Virus record (IMG/VR): IMGVR_UViG_3300038317_000262
Location: 1 to 38,840 of that record
Length of the DNA stretch: 38,840 nt
Strand: one strand, 5' to 3'
From: a virus
Lineage: Duplodnaviria > Caudoviricetes
A program made the position numbers and the translations under genes. The notes under the pieces were generated by a model that was not told the DNA's origin, searched no databases, and saw only the letters and a program-made list of their open reading frames with translations. Below are positions 19,551-27,564 of the stretch, piece after piece (position 1 is the stretch's first letter; the number at the start of each line of letters is the position of its first letter).

Positions 19551-19898
19551 TCAATCATCAAAACCCGTTATCGTGCCACTTTTATAATAGTATTTTGGCT
19601 CTACAGTATCATCTAAAGAATCTTTAATCGAAATCAAAAGAACAGATTCCATATCAACTGCCACATCATTATAAGCATTCATGATGCTACAGTACATTTT
19701 TATATTATCCAGGAAGTTGATCAACATTTTACCTTTGTACAGATCCCACATCTCTTCCAACATAGTGACATGGTAATTACTTGCATCAACTATTAAGTAT
19801 TTTGCCTCAATAAACTTATTAATGATAGTAACTATTCTGCCGGCATCAGCTTTACCAACTCTTTTCAATTCTCTTCTTTTTCTACGTGCTACGCTCAT
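19551..19898 (-). CDS. Hypothetical protein (~115 aa from ATG 19898)
   Basis: ORF between the 341-aa gene and a terminator; basic N-terminus. Confidence 0.65.
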   Translation of the reverse strand: MSVARRKRRELKRVGKADAGRIVTIINKFIEAKYLIVDASNYHVTMLEEMWDLYKGKMLINFLDNIKMYCSIMNAYNDVAVDMESVLLISIKDSLDDTVEPKYYYKSGTITGFDD

Positions 19899-19908
19899 AA
19901 TTATTAAT

Positions 19909-20934
19909 TTAATGGAAAGTATAATCAAATGTATCGTCAAATATTCTTTTTATGTCAATCTTGCCTGCACCGTACAGATTTGGCCTGCTGAGCTGGTATT
20001 TAAAGTCAAACGAAATCAATTCATCAGGTGCATTAGATCTTACAACCGTTGCATCAGTAATTGTTACCGGTACCAGGTCACTTAATATCTTCAGGAAAAC
20101 TTCATTACTCACAAATAGATCTTCAGCCCATTGCCCATGATTTACACTTAATACCCCGGTATTCGCTTCAAATTTTTTAATCTCTTTTGTTCTAAATCTG
20201 AATAGCATATCACGAATGTACCCTGTTGAGTCCTCATATTCATTTTGTCTTTCAACCAGACCTTTTGGCACAAAACTTTCCCGGCAACCAAACGCGTTTC
20301 TAAATATAAGCTCAGGTTCTTCATTTCTCTCATCACTATCAAGGTAATATATCATCATCCTGTTACCTGCTTTTATTATATACCTGCTTATGAGTTCAGG
20401 TGAAGCGAGAATACGTTCAGGTGATACATCAATTTCAACAATCTGATTAATATCTGCAATGTTGCGAATAACAGTAGGTCCAACTCTAATACCATCTTTC
20501 GATACTGTTTCCAACGTAACATCAACTGCTGCAGTGGTATATAATGAAAGTATCTCTATTTGCCAGGCATGAGTTAATTTCCAACCGCTTAGTAGTGTGA
20601 GAAAATTATTAGTTGTAAAATTAGAAGTTGTAGTATCAATTCTCTTCTCTCCAAGAATCGCTCTAAAAGATTTAGTAGCGCTGGTATTACCATCTGTAAA
20701 ATTAAGTGTGTAAGCTGCTGATAGTCCTGGTATCTCTCCAAGATCCGAAGCAATGACTTTTCCCAGGTCACGAATCCAAACTCTTCCTTTATTATTTGCC
20801 CAATATTTTTCTGTAAGAATTACATCAGCCCCTTTGTTCAGTGTAAAAGTAAGCGAGTCATAGCAGTTTACTTCAATGTCCGGAATCATTGAAGTAAAAT
20901 ATAGTGAATCTAAAATTGTGACTATTTGTATCAT
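19909..20934 (-). CDS. Putative tail structural protein, 341 aa
   Basis: Beta-rich, FRNAFGCRES motif, C-terminal IFDDTFDYTF; late operon. Confidence 0.5.
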   Translation of the reverse strand: MIQIVTILDSLYFTSMIPDIEVNCYDSLTFTLNKGADVILTEKYWANNKGRVWIRDLGKVIASDLGEIPGLSAAYTLNFTDGNTSATKSFRAILGEKRIDTTTSNFTTNNFLTLLSGWKLTHAWQIEILSLYTTAAVDVTLETVSKDGIRVGPTVIRNIADINQIVEIDVSPERILASPELISRYIIKAGNRMMIYYLDSDERNEEPELIFRNAFGCRESFVPKGLVERQNEYEDSTGYIRDMLFRFRTKEIKKFEANTGVLSVNHGQWAEDLFVSNEVFLKILSDLVPVTITDATVVRSNAPDELISFDFKYQLSRPNLYGAGKIDIKRIFDDTFDYTFH

Positions 20935-21461
20935 AACTTAAATCGCTTTCTCCGTTTTGCTATAATTAAAATGCATGAAACTAATATTACTGCACCCGTA
21001 AGTATTACCCATCCCCATTCACTACCTTGAATTGGCCTACTGTCTGCTTTCGAGTGTACTGTTTCATTTATAATTGTAGAGCTGCTATCTCTCTCTGCAA
21101 CGTCCTGTTCTTTTTCATTCATGGAAACAGCTCGTGCAGTTCGCTCTTCTGTAGCCATGTCGCTTCGTTGTCTGTCCCCCCACGCTTCAGATATGCTTCG
21201 TATTGCTCCTGTTGAGTCGAATTCAGTAACTCTGATGTAGGATTTATCAATTTCAAATCCGCTTCGTTCTGACGTTTCAACTCCTCTAACTTCAAGTCGA
21301 GTAACATCTTTGATTTGTTCATTTCGCTCATAAACTCTATTAGTTGTCTCTCCTCGCTGGACATCTTTTTGAGTGCGGCACCCACCAAGAAATATAACAG
21401 CAAACAAAGCCCACCAACAAATAACACGAAAGCTAACAGCATTTTCAACTCCATACTTCAT
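20931..21461 (-). CDS. Lipoprotein with C-terminal TM helix, u-spanin-like (176 aa from ATG 21461)
   Basis: Lipobox FLGG-C, hydrophilic middle, C-terminal WVILTGAVILVSCILIIA-KRRKR. Confidence 0.65.
   Translation of the reverse strand: MKYGVENAVSFRVICWWALFAVIFLGGCRTQKDVQRGETTNRVYERNEQIKDVTRLEVRGVETSERSGFEIDKSYIRVTEFDSTGAIRSISEAWGDRQRSDMATEERTARAVSMNEKEQDVAERDSSSTIINETVHSKADSRPIQGSEWGWVILTGAVILVSCILIIAKRRKRFKL
21119..21454 (-). CDS. Nested out-of-frame ORF: N-terminal TM plus coiled coil (i-spanin-like), 111 aa
   Basis: ATG 7 nt after the lipoprotein ATG; wholly inside that gene. Confidence 0.35.
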   Translation of the reverse strand: MELKMLLAFVLFVGGLCLLLYFLVGAALKKMSSEERQLIEFMSEMNKSKMLLDLKLEELKRQNEADLKLINPTSELLNSTQQEQYEAYLKRGGTDNEATWLQKSELHELFP

Positions 21462-21472
21462 CCTTTTTTCTT

Positions 21473-21507
21473 CAAATATAAAACTGTTGACTAAGTGCAA
21501 AAAAGAC
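21473..21507 (-). promoter_or_regulatory. Putative phage late promoter 4
   Basis: GTCTTTT-N20-TATATTTG. Confidence 0.72.
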
Positions 21508-21509
21508 AT

Positions 21510-21540
21510 AAAAAAACGGCCCGCATTTCTGAAGGCCGTT
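21510..21540 (-). terminator. Rho-independent terminator
   Basis: AACGGCC...GGCCGTT stem followed by a U-run. Confidence 0.75.
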
Positions 21541-21558
21541 CTTTTAATAATTAAAGTT

Positions 21559-21723
21559 TTATAGAGTCTCTGAGACAACAGAATTACTAGAAGCTACTCC
21601 GCAGATCGCTCCTTTATCGTTGTAAAAAAGTATTTGCCCTGTTCCAGTAGCAACTTTAATCTCCTTAGCCTGAATTGAGCAAATTGACCCCTTTTCTAAA
21701 TTATAAATATAAAAAGTTCTCAT
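21559..21723 (-). CDS. 54-aa small protein (not in ORF track)
   Basis: MRTFYIYNLEKGSICSIQAKEIKVATGTGQILFYNDKGAICGVASSNSVVSETL; TATATTTG at 21761-21768 upstream, terminator downstream. Confidence 0.55.
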   Translation of the reverse strand: MRTFYIYNLEKGSICSIQAKEIKVATGTGQILFYNDKGAICGVASSNSVVSETL

Positions 21724-21769
21724 AACATTAAACTATTTAGTGATTAATAAACTATTTTTTCAAATATAG

Positions 21770-22030
21770 TTAATATTCTCCGATAATCTTTGAATTATCA
21801 CCTCCCGATATCAGCCATTTAGGATATCCACCATCAAAAACGATTTTATAACCACGTGTGGCCAGGAATGCACTCACTTCATCAGGAGTAAATTCACCAG
21901 CATCTTTCAAATCATCTGCAATTTCTTGAGAACTTTTCATTATTACATTTTCACCTTCTGTAGCAGGCGGATATTCTCCGGCCCATCTGCTTAATATTAC
22001 AATTTTCCAATCAACTTGATCATTATTCAT
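21770..22030 (-). CDS. Hypothetical protein, possible winged helix, 86 aa
   Basis: SSQEIADDL...EVSAFLATRGY pattern; coupled to upstream gene. Confidence 0.65.
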   Translation of the reverse strand: MNNDQVDWKIVILSRWAGEYPPATEGENVIMKSSQEIADDLKDAGEFTPDEVSAFLATRGYKIVFDGGYPKWLISGGDNSKIIGEY

Positions 22031-22310
22031 TAAAGCCTCCTTTCTTATTTGGTACTGTTATTTGACACTCTTTAATAGAAGAAAATAAATCTCGTATCTC
22101 GTAAAAGAATACTAAAGCTTCTTTTCGCTCGTATTCAGTAGTCCATTCAGATTCAGAAGCTAATGCAGCAAGCTTTATACTTCTATCTGCAATTCCAATA
22201 CATTCATCAATGCTATAAATACTTATTAGCTTGAATAGTGGTTCAACATTCATCAATACATTCCTGTAAGGATTATTCACCAGGATGGGAGATCTATCTT
22301 TATTATCCAT
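22023..22310 (-). CDS. Hypothetical protein, 95 aa
   Basis: Tightly packed operon. Confidence 0.7.
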   Translation of the reverse strand: MDNKDRSPILVNNPYRNVLMNVEPLFKLISIYSIDECIGIADRSIKLAALASESEWTTEYERKEALVFFYEIRDLFSSIKECQITVPNKKGGFNE

Positions 22311-22312
22311 GA

Positions 22313-22597
22313 TTAAAATCTCCTTTCTGTATCAATAGTAAAACGTATGAAAGCTTCGCCGGTCCAGCAGGAAATTGCATTATACCGGTACTTTTTCTCG
22401 ATTAACAACCTTACTGGCGTCTGTTCATCCTCCTTGTCAATAGCTTCAAGGAGCTTTAAGAGTTTGCTTTTGAAATCTCCGAGAGTGGAGTTACTCATCT
22501 TTTCGCGAAATAGTTTTGGAGTAATTTCGCTGATCTGATTTAATTCGGGCATCACTGCCGTAGAAAGGTTACTCATAATTACGAATATTTTTAGCAT
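22313..22597 (-). CDS. Hypothetical protein, 94 aa (alternative start 22576)
   Basis: First gene after the structured leader. Confidence 0.7.
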   Translation of the reverse strand: MLKIFVIMSNLSTAVMPELNQISEITPKLFREKMSNSTLGDFKSKLLKLLEAIDKEDEQTPVRLLIEKKYRYNAISCWTGEAFIRFTIDTERRF

Positions 22598-22783
22598 TTA
22601 AAAAAAGAACGGTTTCGCTACCCGTTGCTAAAGTCTTTCGTAAAAGGCTTGCATGAACCATTACAATACATGCACGGGGCGAAACCGCCATAAATTTTAT
22701 GGAATGGACATAAAAAAAGCCAGATTTATCCGGCAACATCCATTGCCTTTTACGAATTGAAAAACTTTAGCACTGCAAATATG
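22579..22783 (-). ncRNA. Structured leader / C4-CI-like antisense RNA element
   Basis: Long stem 22610-22625/22674-22687 enclosing a segment complementary to 22745-22772 and to 22579-22596; internal terminator 22712-22734; near-consensus -7 at 22776-22783. Confidence 0.65.
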
Positions 22784-22954
22784 GTGAATTAATTTGAATC
22801 GACAATTGAAAAATCAAATTATTATATATGTTACAAAACACATATATAGTAATTGCCAAATCTTATACATGTTTCAGACTATCGCTTACCTTATTCTAAT
22901 ATAATAGGAGCTTATTAGAACAAAGTAATGGGCAGGTAAGAGCCAGGTATGGCC

Positions 22955-22993
22955 AAAAAAAGAACCTGCATTGTCCAAATGAACAATGCAGGT
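22955..22993 (-). terminator. Rho-independent terminator
   Basis: ACCTGCATTGT/ACAATGCAGGT 11-bp stem followed by a U-rich run on -. Confidence 0.75.
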
Positions 22994-23015
22994 CTCATAA
23001 TAAAACAGTGTATAA

Positions 23016-23966
23016 TTATAAATAAGTGCTTTTAAAAAACTCTTTTTCAGGAAAGCTTTTTTGCTCCTCTTCGCTCAGATCAAAGAAGCCTTCCATTATC
23101 CATTTAAGATCATCCTCCATTTTGTGCATATCTGCCCTGGTTGCTCTCATTGTTTGTTCATCATCGGCACGCATGGAGATGTTTTTTATTTTTTCTATAT
23201 CTCGTTTCAAGATGTTTTCTTTAACTAAATACTTATCCCTGAAGTGATAATAATTCTGGAGTTTTTCAGAAAAAGATGAAACACCCCTTTTGTCATAATA
23301 ATTATATAATTGCTTGAAAGTCTTAGTTTTAAGTTTATCTATAAGCTCATTCTCAGCCAATAATTCAGCGTGTTTGTCAGCCTCTTGTTTTATTTTTTTC
23401 GAGATAGCCTCCATTTTATTTAATTTCTCTCTAAAATCGATCTGCTGAATTTTATACTTCAAGGCTCCGGAGTCAGTTTCTTTCAGGAATTCTTTATTAA
23501 TGAAATAATTTCTAAAATTGTTATTTTCAATTTCTTCCATAAGAACTTTCACTGCCCTCCATCTTTGTTTTTCTTCATCAGTATAATCAGCATAATTTTC
23601 TTTATTATCTACATTGAGAGCCTCTTCAAGTTCTTCGTAGTCTAAATCTTTGTAAAGATCATAATACTGATCAAAATAATTGTTGTACATTTTCACTGGT
23701 TCAGGTTGTATTGCTTTTTCATTAAGAATAGTATCTACAGCATCTGCAATAGATGGCACAGTTTTCCCAAACTCATCATAATCAAGGTCAGCATCAGAAA
23801 CAATATTTCTTTTATCTCCCGGTATAAATATACCTGCATTTTCATAATAATCGAAAGTCCTTTTCGGATCTTCGGGTTTCTTTTCCGGCACCTTTGAAAC
23901 CTGTACAGATATAACAATAATTACAATAATTATTAAAATGATTATTACAACTATCCATTCAGCCAT
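23016..23966 (-). CDS. Membrane-anchored hypothetical protein (~316 aa from ATG 23966)
   Basis: N-terminal WIVVIIILIIIVIIVISV TM, highly charged helical body. Confidence 0.75.
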   Translation of the reverse strand: MAEWIVVIIILIIIVIIVISVQVSKVPEKKPEDPKRTFDYYENAGIFIPGDKRNIVSDADLDYDEFGKTVPSIADAVDTILNEKAIQPEPVKMYNNYFDQYYDLYKDLDYEELEEALNVDNKENYADYTDEEKQRWRAVKVLMEEIENNNFRNYFINKEFLKETDSGALKYKIQQIDFREKLNKMEAISKKIKQEADKHAELLAENELIDKLKTKTFKQLYNYYDKRGVSSFSEKLQNYYHFRDKYLVKENILKRDIEKIKNISMRADDEQTMRATRADMHKMEDDLKWIMEGFFDLSEEEQKSFPEKEFFKSTYL

Positions 23967-23976
23967 GGTATTAAAT

Positions 23977-24240
23977 TTAAATGATTTGTCTTCGTATTCT
24001 TTTGTCGTATAACTCGTCAAGTTTCTTTACATGTTCTTTTTTATCGAATGAGAAACCAAGTTCGATGCTTTTTTCTTTCTTCTCACCTTCACTATAATCC
24101 CAAAGCAGCAAGTCAAGAACATTATATTCACGAAAATATCTAAATACTAGAGTTGAAGAAGGCATCGTGTTTAAAGTACGTCCGTAATACTCTTCATCTA
24201 TTTTATGAAAAGTATATTTACCTATAACTAAATCTGCCAT
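23977..24240 (-). CDS. Hypothetical protein, 87 aa
   Basis: Operon with the XRE gene. Confidence 0.65.
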   Translation of the reverse strand: MADLVIGKYTFHKIDEEYYGRTLNTMPSSTLVFRYFREYNVLDLLLWDYSEGEKKEKSIELGFSFDKKEHVKKLDELYDKRIRRQII

Positions 24241-24245
24241 ATCTC

Positions 24246-24542
24246 CTAATTTTTAGTTAGTTTATCAGGCCTCCTACCAAGGCTTTCCATTGCACGCTCA
24301 AAACAAACATTTAAATCTGTTTTGTTTTCCTTGTCTTCAAAGTAAAAGTTAACTCCAACAGCTTTTGCAACTTGTAAGAAAGTGTCAAGTGTAGGTTTAT
24401 ACTTAAGTGCAAATATTCGGCTAACATTTGATTGAATTAACCCTGATCTTTGAGCAATTATTTCCTGTGTTATACCCTTTTCAGTTGCTATTTCTTTCAA
24501 CATTAATACAAATAATTGCCATTCATAATTATCTTTTCTCAT
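24246..24542 (-). CDS. XRE/Cro-family HTH regulator
   Basis: KGITQEIIAQRSGLIQSNVSRI...PTLDTFLQVAKAVG. Confidence 0.9.
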   Translation of the reverse strand: MRKDNYEWQLFVLMLKEIATEKGITQEIIAQRSGLIQSNVSRIFALKYKPTLDTFLQVAKAVGVNFYFEDKENKTDLNVCFERAMESLGRRPDKLTKN

Positions 24543-24562
24543 ATCGTTTGCTCATTGAATTA

Positions 24563-24590
24563 TAAAAAAAAGGCAGTTTACCGACATGCC
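24563..24590 (-). terminator. Weak terminator between the 66-aa gene and the XRE gene
   Basis: GGCA...TGCC stem followed by a long U-run on -. Confidence 0.5.
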
Positions 24591-24602
24591 CTGGTCAAAA
24601 GA

Positions 24603-24803
24603 TCACTTCACCAAATAATAATCACCTTTTTTAAGGAAATCTGCCCAGTCATTGCCTGTCCAATACTCAGCATCATCAAATTCTTCAACACTCATTTCTG
24701 TAGTTCTGTAAATTGTGTCATCCATTATGATCAAGTAGGTTAAAGTAGCTGTTTCAGCGTTGATTTTAAATTCTCTTCCTGAATCTGTAGTTAGTGTTCT
24801 CAT
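24603..24803 (-). CDS. Small acidic protein, 66 aa
   Basis: ATG after promoter, operator and conserved leader. Confidence 0.75.
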   Translation of the reverse strand: MRTLTTDSGREFKINAETATLTYLIIMDDTIYRTTEMSVEEFDDAEYWTGNDWADFLKKGDYYLVK

Positions 24804-24856
24804 TGTTATAATGCCGCTTATCCGTTGCCGCCGGTTCTATTGATTATTAAGTCCTA

Positions 24857-24880
24857 CAAATATATATCATAAATGATATA
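24857..24880 (-). promoter_or_regulatory. Promoter -7 (TATATTTG) overlapped by palindromic operator 1
   Basis: TATATCAT-AA-ATGATATA at 24863-24880. Confidence 0.75.
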
Positions 24881-25001
24881 AAACCAAACAAAAGGCATGT
24901 TATTTTATATGTTGTAAAACATATATCTAAAAATGTCCCATCCGCTCTTTGCGTTTCTTTGCTACTTTCTTTGCGCGTAACCCAAAGAAAGTAGACGACG
25001 C

Positions 25002-25041
25002 AAAAAAGGATCCCCGGGCAGTTAGCCCGGAATCCCTTTTT
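25002..25041. terminator. Bidirectional terminator after the JAB gene
   Basis: AAAAAAGGAT-CCCCGGGC-AGTTA-GCCCGG-AATCCCTTTTT. Confidence 0.75.
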
Positions 25042-25057
25042 AGTAAAAAAATATTGA

Positions 25058-25516
25058 TTAAATTATGCCTTCATCCGCAAAACTGAAATAGTTTTCTTCT
25101 GTTACTATGATATGATCTAAAACAAAAATATCCATCCACCTGCCTGCTTCTCTCAACTTCTTAGTTATATTTGTGTCCTGTGGGCTTGGTCGTAAATTTC
25201 CGCTCGGGTGATTATGAAATAAGAAAATCCCTGTAGCTAAATTTTCGATAGCATATTTTAAAATTATTCTAATGTCTACCACTGTGCCAGAAATACCGCC
25301 CTGACTTATTTTTGCATAACCTAAAGAATTGTTTCCTCTGTCAACTAATAAAACAAATGTGCTTTCATAAACTCCAATGTCACCACGCCAGAAATTTAGC
25401 GCATAATTATATGCCTGTCGGCTATTAGTGATTTTAACACGGTCAAACTCTCTTCTTTCACCTGTGATTTTGTATTCAATAGCTTTTTCTTTAACCTCTA
25501 AAACATTTGTTTTCAT
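25058..25516 (-). CDS. radC: RadC-like JAB-domain protein
   Basis: E...HNHPSGNLRPSPQD...LDHII JAB/MPN motif. Confidence 0.93.
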   Translation of the reverse strand: MKTNVLEVKEKAIEYKITGERREFDRVKITNSRQAYNYALNFWRGDIGVYESTFVLLVDRGNNSLGYAKISQGGISGTVVDIRIILKYAIENLATGIFLFHNHPSGNLRPSPQDTNITKKLREAGRWMDIFVLDHIIVTEENYFSFADEGII

Positions 25517-25571
25517 TCTAATGATGCCGTATTGTTACTGTTGCCGCCAGTTTTAATGAATTATCTTACTA

Positions 25572-25596
25572 TAAAGATATATCATTTATGATATAT
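25572..25596 (-). promoter_or_regulatory. Promoter -7-like (TATCTTTA) overlapped by palindromic operator 2
   Basis: ATATATCAT-TT-ATGATATAT at 25577-25596. Confidence 0.72.
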
Positions 25597-25926
25597 ATCC
25601 TAATATATTTGTATGTTTTATAGCATAAATATCACTATTTCAAACCGTTGTGAATAAAATGATTACCATTAAAAAAGAGCTATTTTGTTTTATAAATGTT
25701 TAAATCGTCCGCCTTTGGTAAACTTAACTTCCTATAAATAACCGCTGTATGTTAAAATAACCGCACTTTTGTGCGGTTATTGTCTGGGGGCTCCCTCCCG
25801 TGCCCTGCTTTGAGTTTTTGTTAAAAGATTTCGTTTTTTTACCTTATATGATAGCACGCTTTGCCCTGCCCGAGCCGTGCGGGCGGTAAAAACCAACGTA
25901 CTATCGAAAATTTAAAAAGGTAATTA

Positions 25927-27564
25927 CTAAACGAAAGTGCTGGTAAGGTTGTAGGATGTAATGATTTGTGGAAACTTAGTGCAGCCGATATATAGTGTGT
26001 CGAATGCATCTGTGCCGTCGGTACGATATTCAAGGCGGTCCTCTTCAGTCTCTGCAAGCTTCTCTCCACGCTTATCTTTCTTGAAGCCTTTAGCACCTTT
26101 ATATACTCCGGTTGTTTCCATAGCAAGAATCAACTCTTCATTGTTATTGCTGTTAAGCATAGGTATTAGTCCTGACTTCCCACTGAAGCCTTCAGATATA
26201 AGCAGCCATTTCTCCATGTGTCGCATGGGGTTACCAATGTGCACTGATCTTATTTTCCAACCATTCTTTCTAAACTCATTTTCTACAACTGATTTAAAGT
26301 CTTCATCATTCACTGCATAGTTGGATCCAAGAGCTGTGCCATCATAATAAAATATAACAGTTTTATCTTTGTGGTGCCGGTAGTATTTGCAGAAGTCTTG
26401 CACGACCTCTCTGAGTTTGCGTTCATACTTAACATAGAATGATTTAAGGACTCTCAGCGTGCGTCCCTGTGGTTGCCCTGCTACTATCCAGTTGATGTTG
26501 GCATTGTAGTCCATTCCAATACAGATAGGTGCATTAGGGTTAACATCTGAGTCCTGCAACGAAGACTCATCAGATATTTTATCAAACTTATATTCAAGGC
26601 TGTCAAGATAACTGTTATTGTTTGCCACATAATAGTTAACATGTTCACGCATGTTGTTATAGAACCCATCTTTCATAATACCCACACGTTGACATAAGAT
26701 GGAAGTTTGAAATACAAGTGGTGGAAGATCTCGCTTCATTTGCTTAATATAACTCTCTCCTAACACCTCGAGATTCTCAATGGATGAAAACTCTTTATAA
26801 TAAACACAGATAGATCTTAGCTCCGCTAAATCCTTGTACATCTTCTTTAAGTAATACTTAAGATATGCCGGTACCTCTTTACCCCCTTTTTGTATTTCTT
26901 TAATCCTATCCTTTGTTTTCCATATTTCAAATACCACGCCTTGGATAGTTTGAATGAGTTCAGGATCACTTTTGTCCTGGTAACGGAGAAACCATGAACC
27001 TTTCTTTGTAGTTGGCATATCAGAAATTATAAGAAGCGAGTGGTGATAGCTTCTGTTGCCGAAATAACCTTTGTAACCGCCATTGGCCGGGAATGTCTCA
27101 TCTTTAAGTTTTTCGTAATCAAGAAATTTTGATTCATCGCAAATAAGATAGTCAAGTGTAAGTGAATTGGATGTTCCTGGTCTATCCTGTGAAATTATAT
27201 AGATAATAGATCCATTGTAGAATGATATTACATATTTATATTCAGCAGGTTCAATCCTGGGCCTGCCAAACCCTGCAACCTTAGGAGGTTTACGTCCAAT
27301 GAAATAATGAATATCTCTTTTATAACCCCACGATTCAAGCGCTGCAAGTGTCCCGGGAATAGTGTTTGTTAATGCTCTTTTATAAGTACTGGCCACGAAT
27401 GCACCGGAGGAGCCTGGCATACGCTGAACGTTACGTAATAGGAAAGGAGCTGCTACACCGTGAGTTTTACCAATACGTCTCCCACCTACGAAAACAACGG
27501 TGTGAGCTCCGGTATACATGACTTCCTGTTGTGGCGGATTAAAGTATATTTTTTTCTTGTTCAT
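25927..27564 (-). CDS. terL: Terminase large subunit (~545 aa from ATG 27564)
   Basis: Walker A GGRRIGKT, Walker B LICDE, nuclease IGMDYN and DGTDAFD. Confidence 0.9.
   Translation of the reverse strand: MNKKKIYFNPPQQEVMYTGAHTVVFVGGRRIGKTHGVAAPFLLRNVQRMPGSSGAFVASTYKRALTNTIPGTLAALESWGYKRDIHYFIGRKPPKVAGFGRPRIEPAEYKYVISFYNGSIIYIISQDRPGTSNSLTLDYLICDESKFLDYEKLKDETFPANGGYKGYFGNRSYHHSLLIISDMPTTKKGSWFLRYQDKSDPELIQTIQGVVFEIWKTKDRIKEIQKGGKEVPAYLKYYLKKMYKDLAELRSICVYYKEFSSIENLEVLGESYIKQMKRDLPPLVFQTSILCQRVGIMKDGFYNNMREHVNYYVANNNSYLDSLEYKFDKISDESSLQDSDVNPNAPICIGMDYNANINWIVAGQPQGRTLRVLKSFYVKYERKLREVVQDFCKYYRHHKDKTVIFYYDGTALGSNYAVNDEDFKSVVENEFRKNGWKIRSVHIGNPMRHMEKWLLISEGFSGKSGLIPMLNSNNNEELILAMETTGVYKGAKGFKKDKRGEKLAETEEDRLEYRTDGTDAFDTLYIGCTKFPQIITSYNLTSTFV

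Noticed and set aside
24246-24803. Toxin-antitoxin pair (66 aa plus XRE)
   Set aside because: The 66-aa protein is acidic with no RelE/HigB-like motif, and a terminator-like hairpin separates the genes
25839-26126. 95-aa ORF overlapping the terL 3' end
   Set aside because: Out-of-frame overlap, no recognisable motif, runs into the structured non-coding gap
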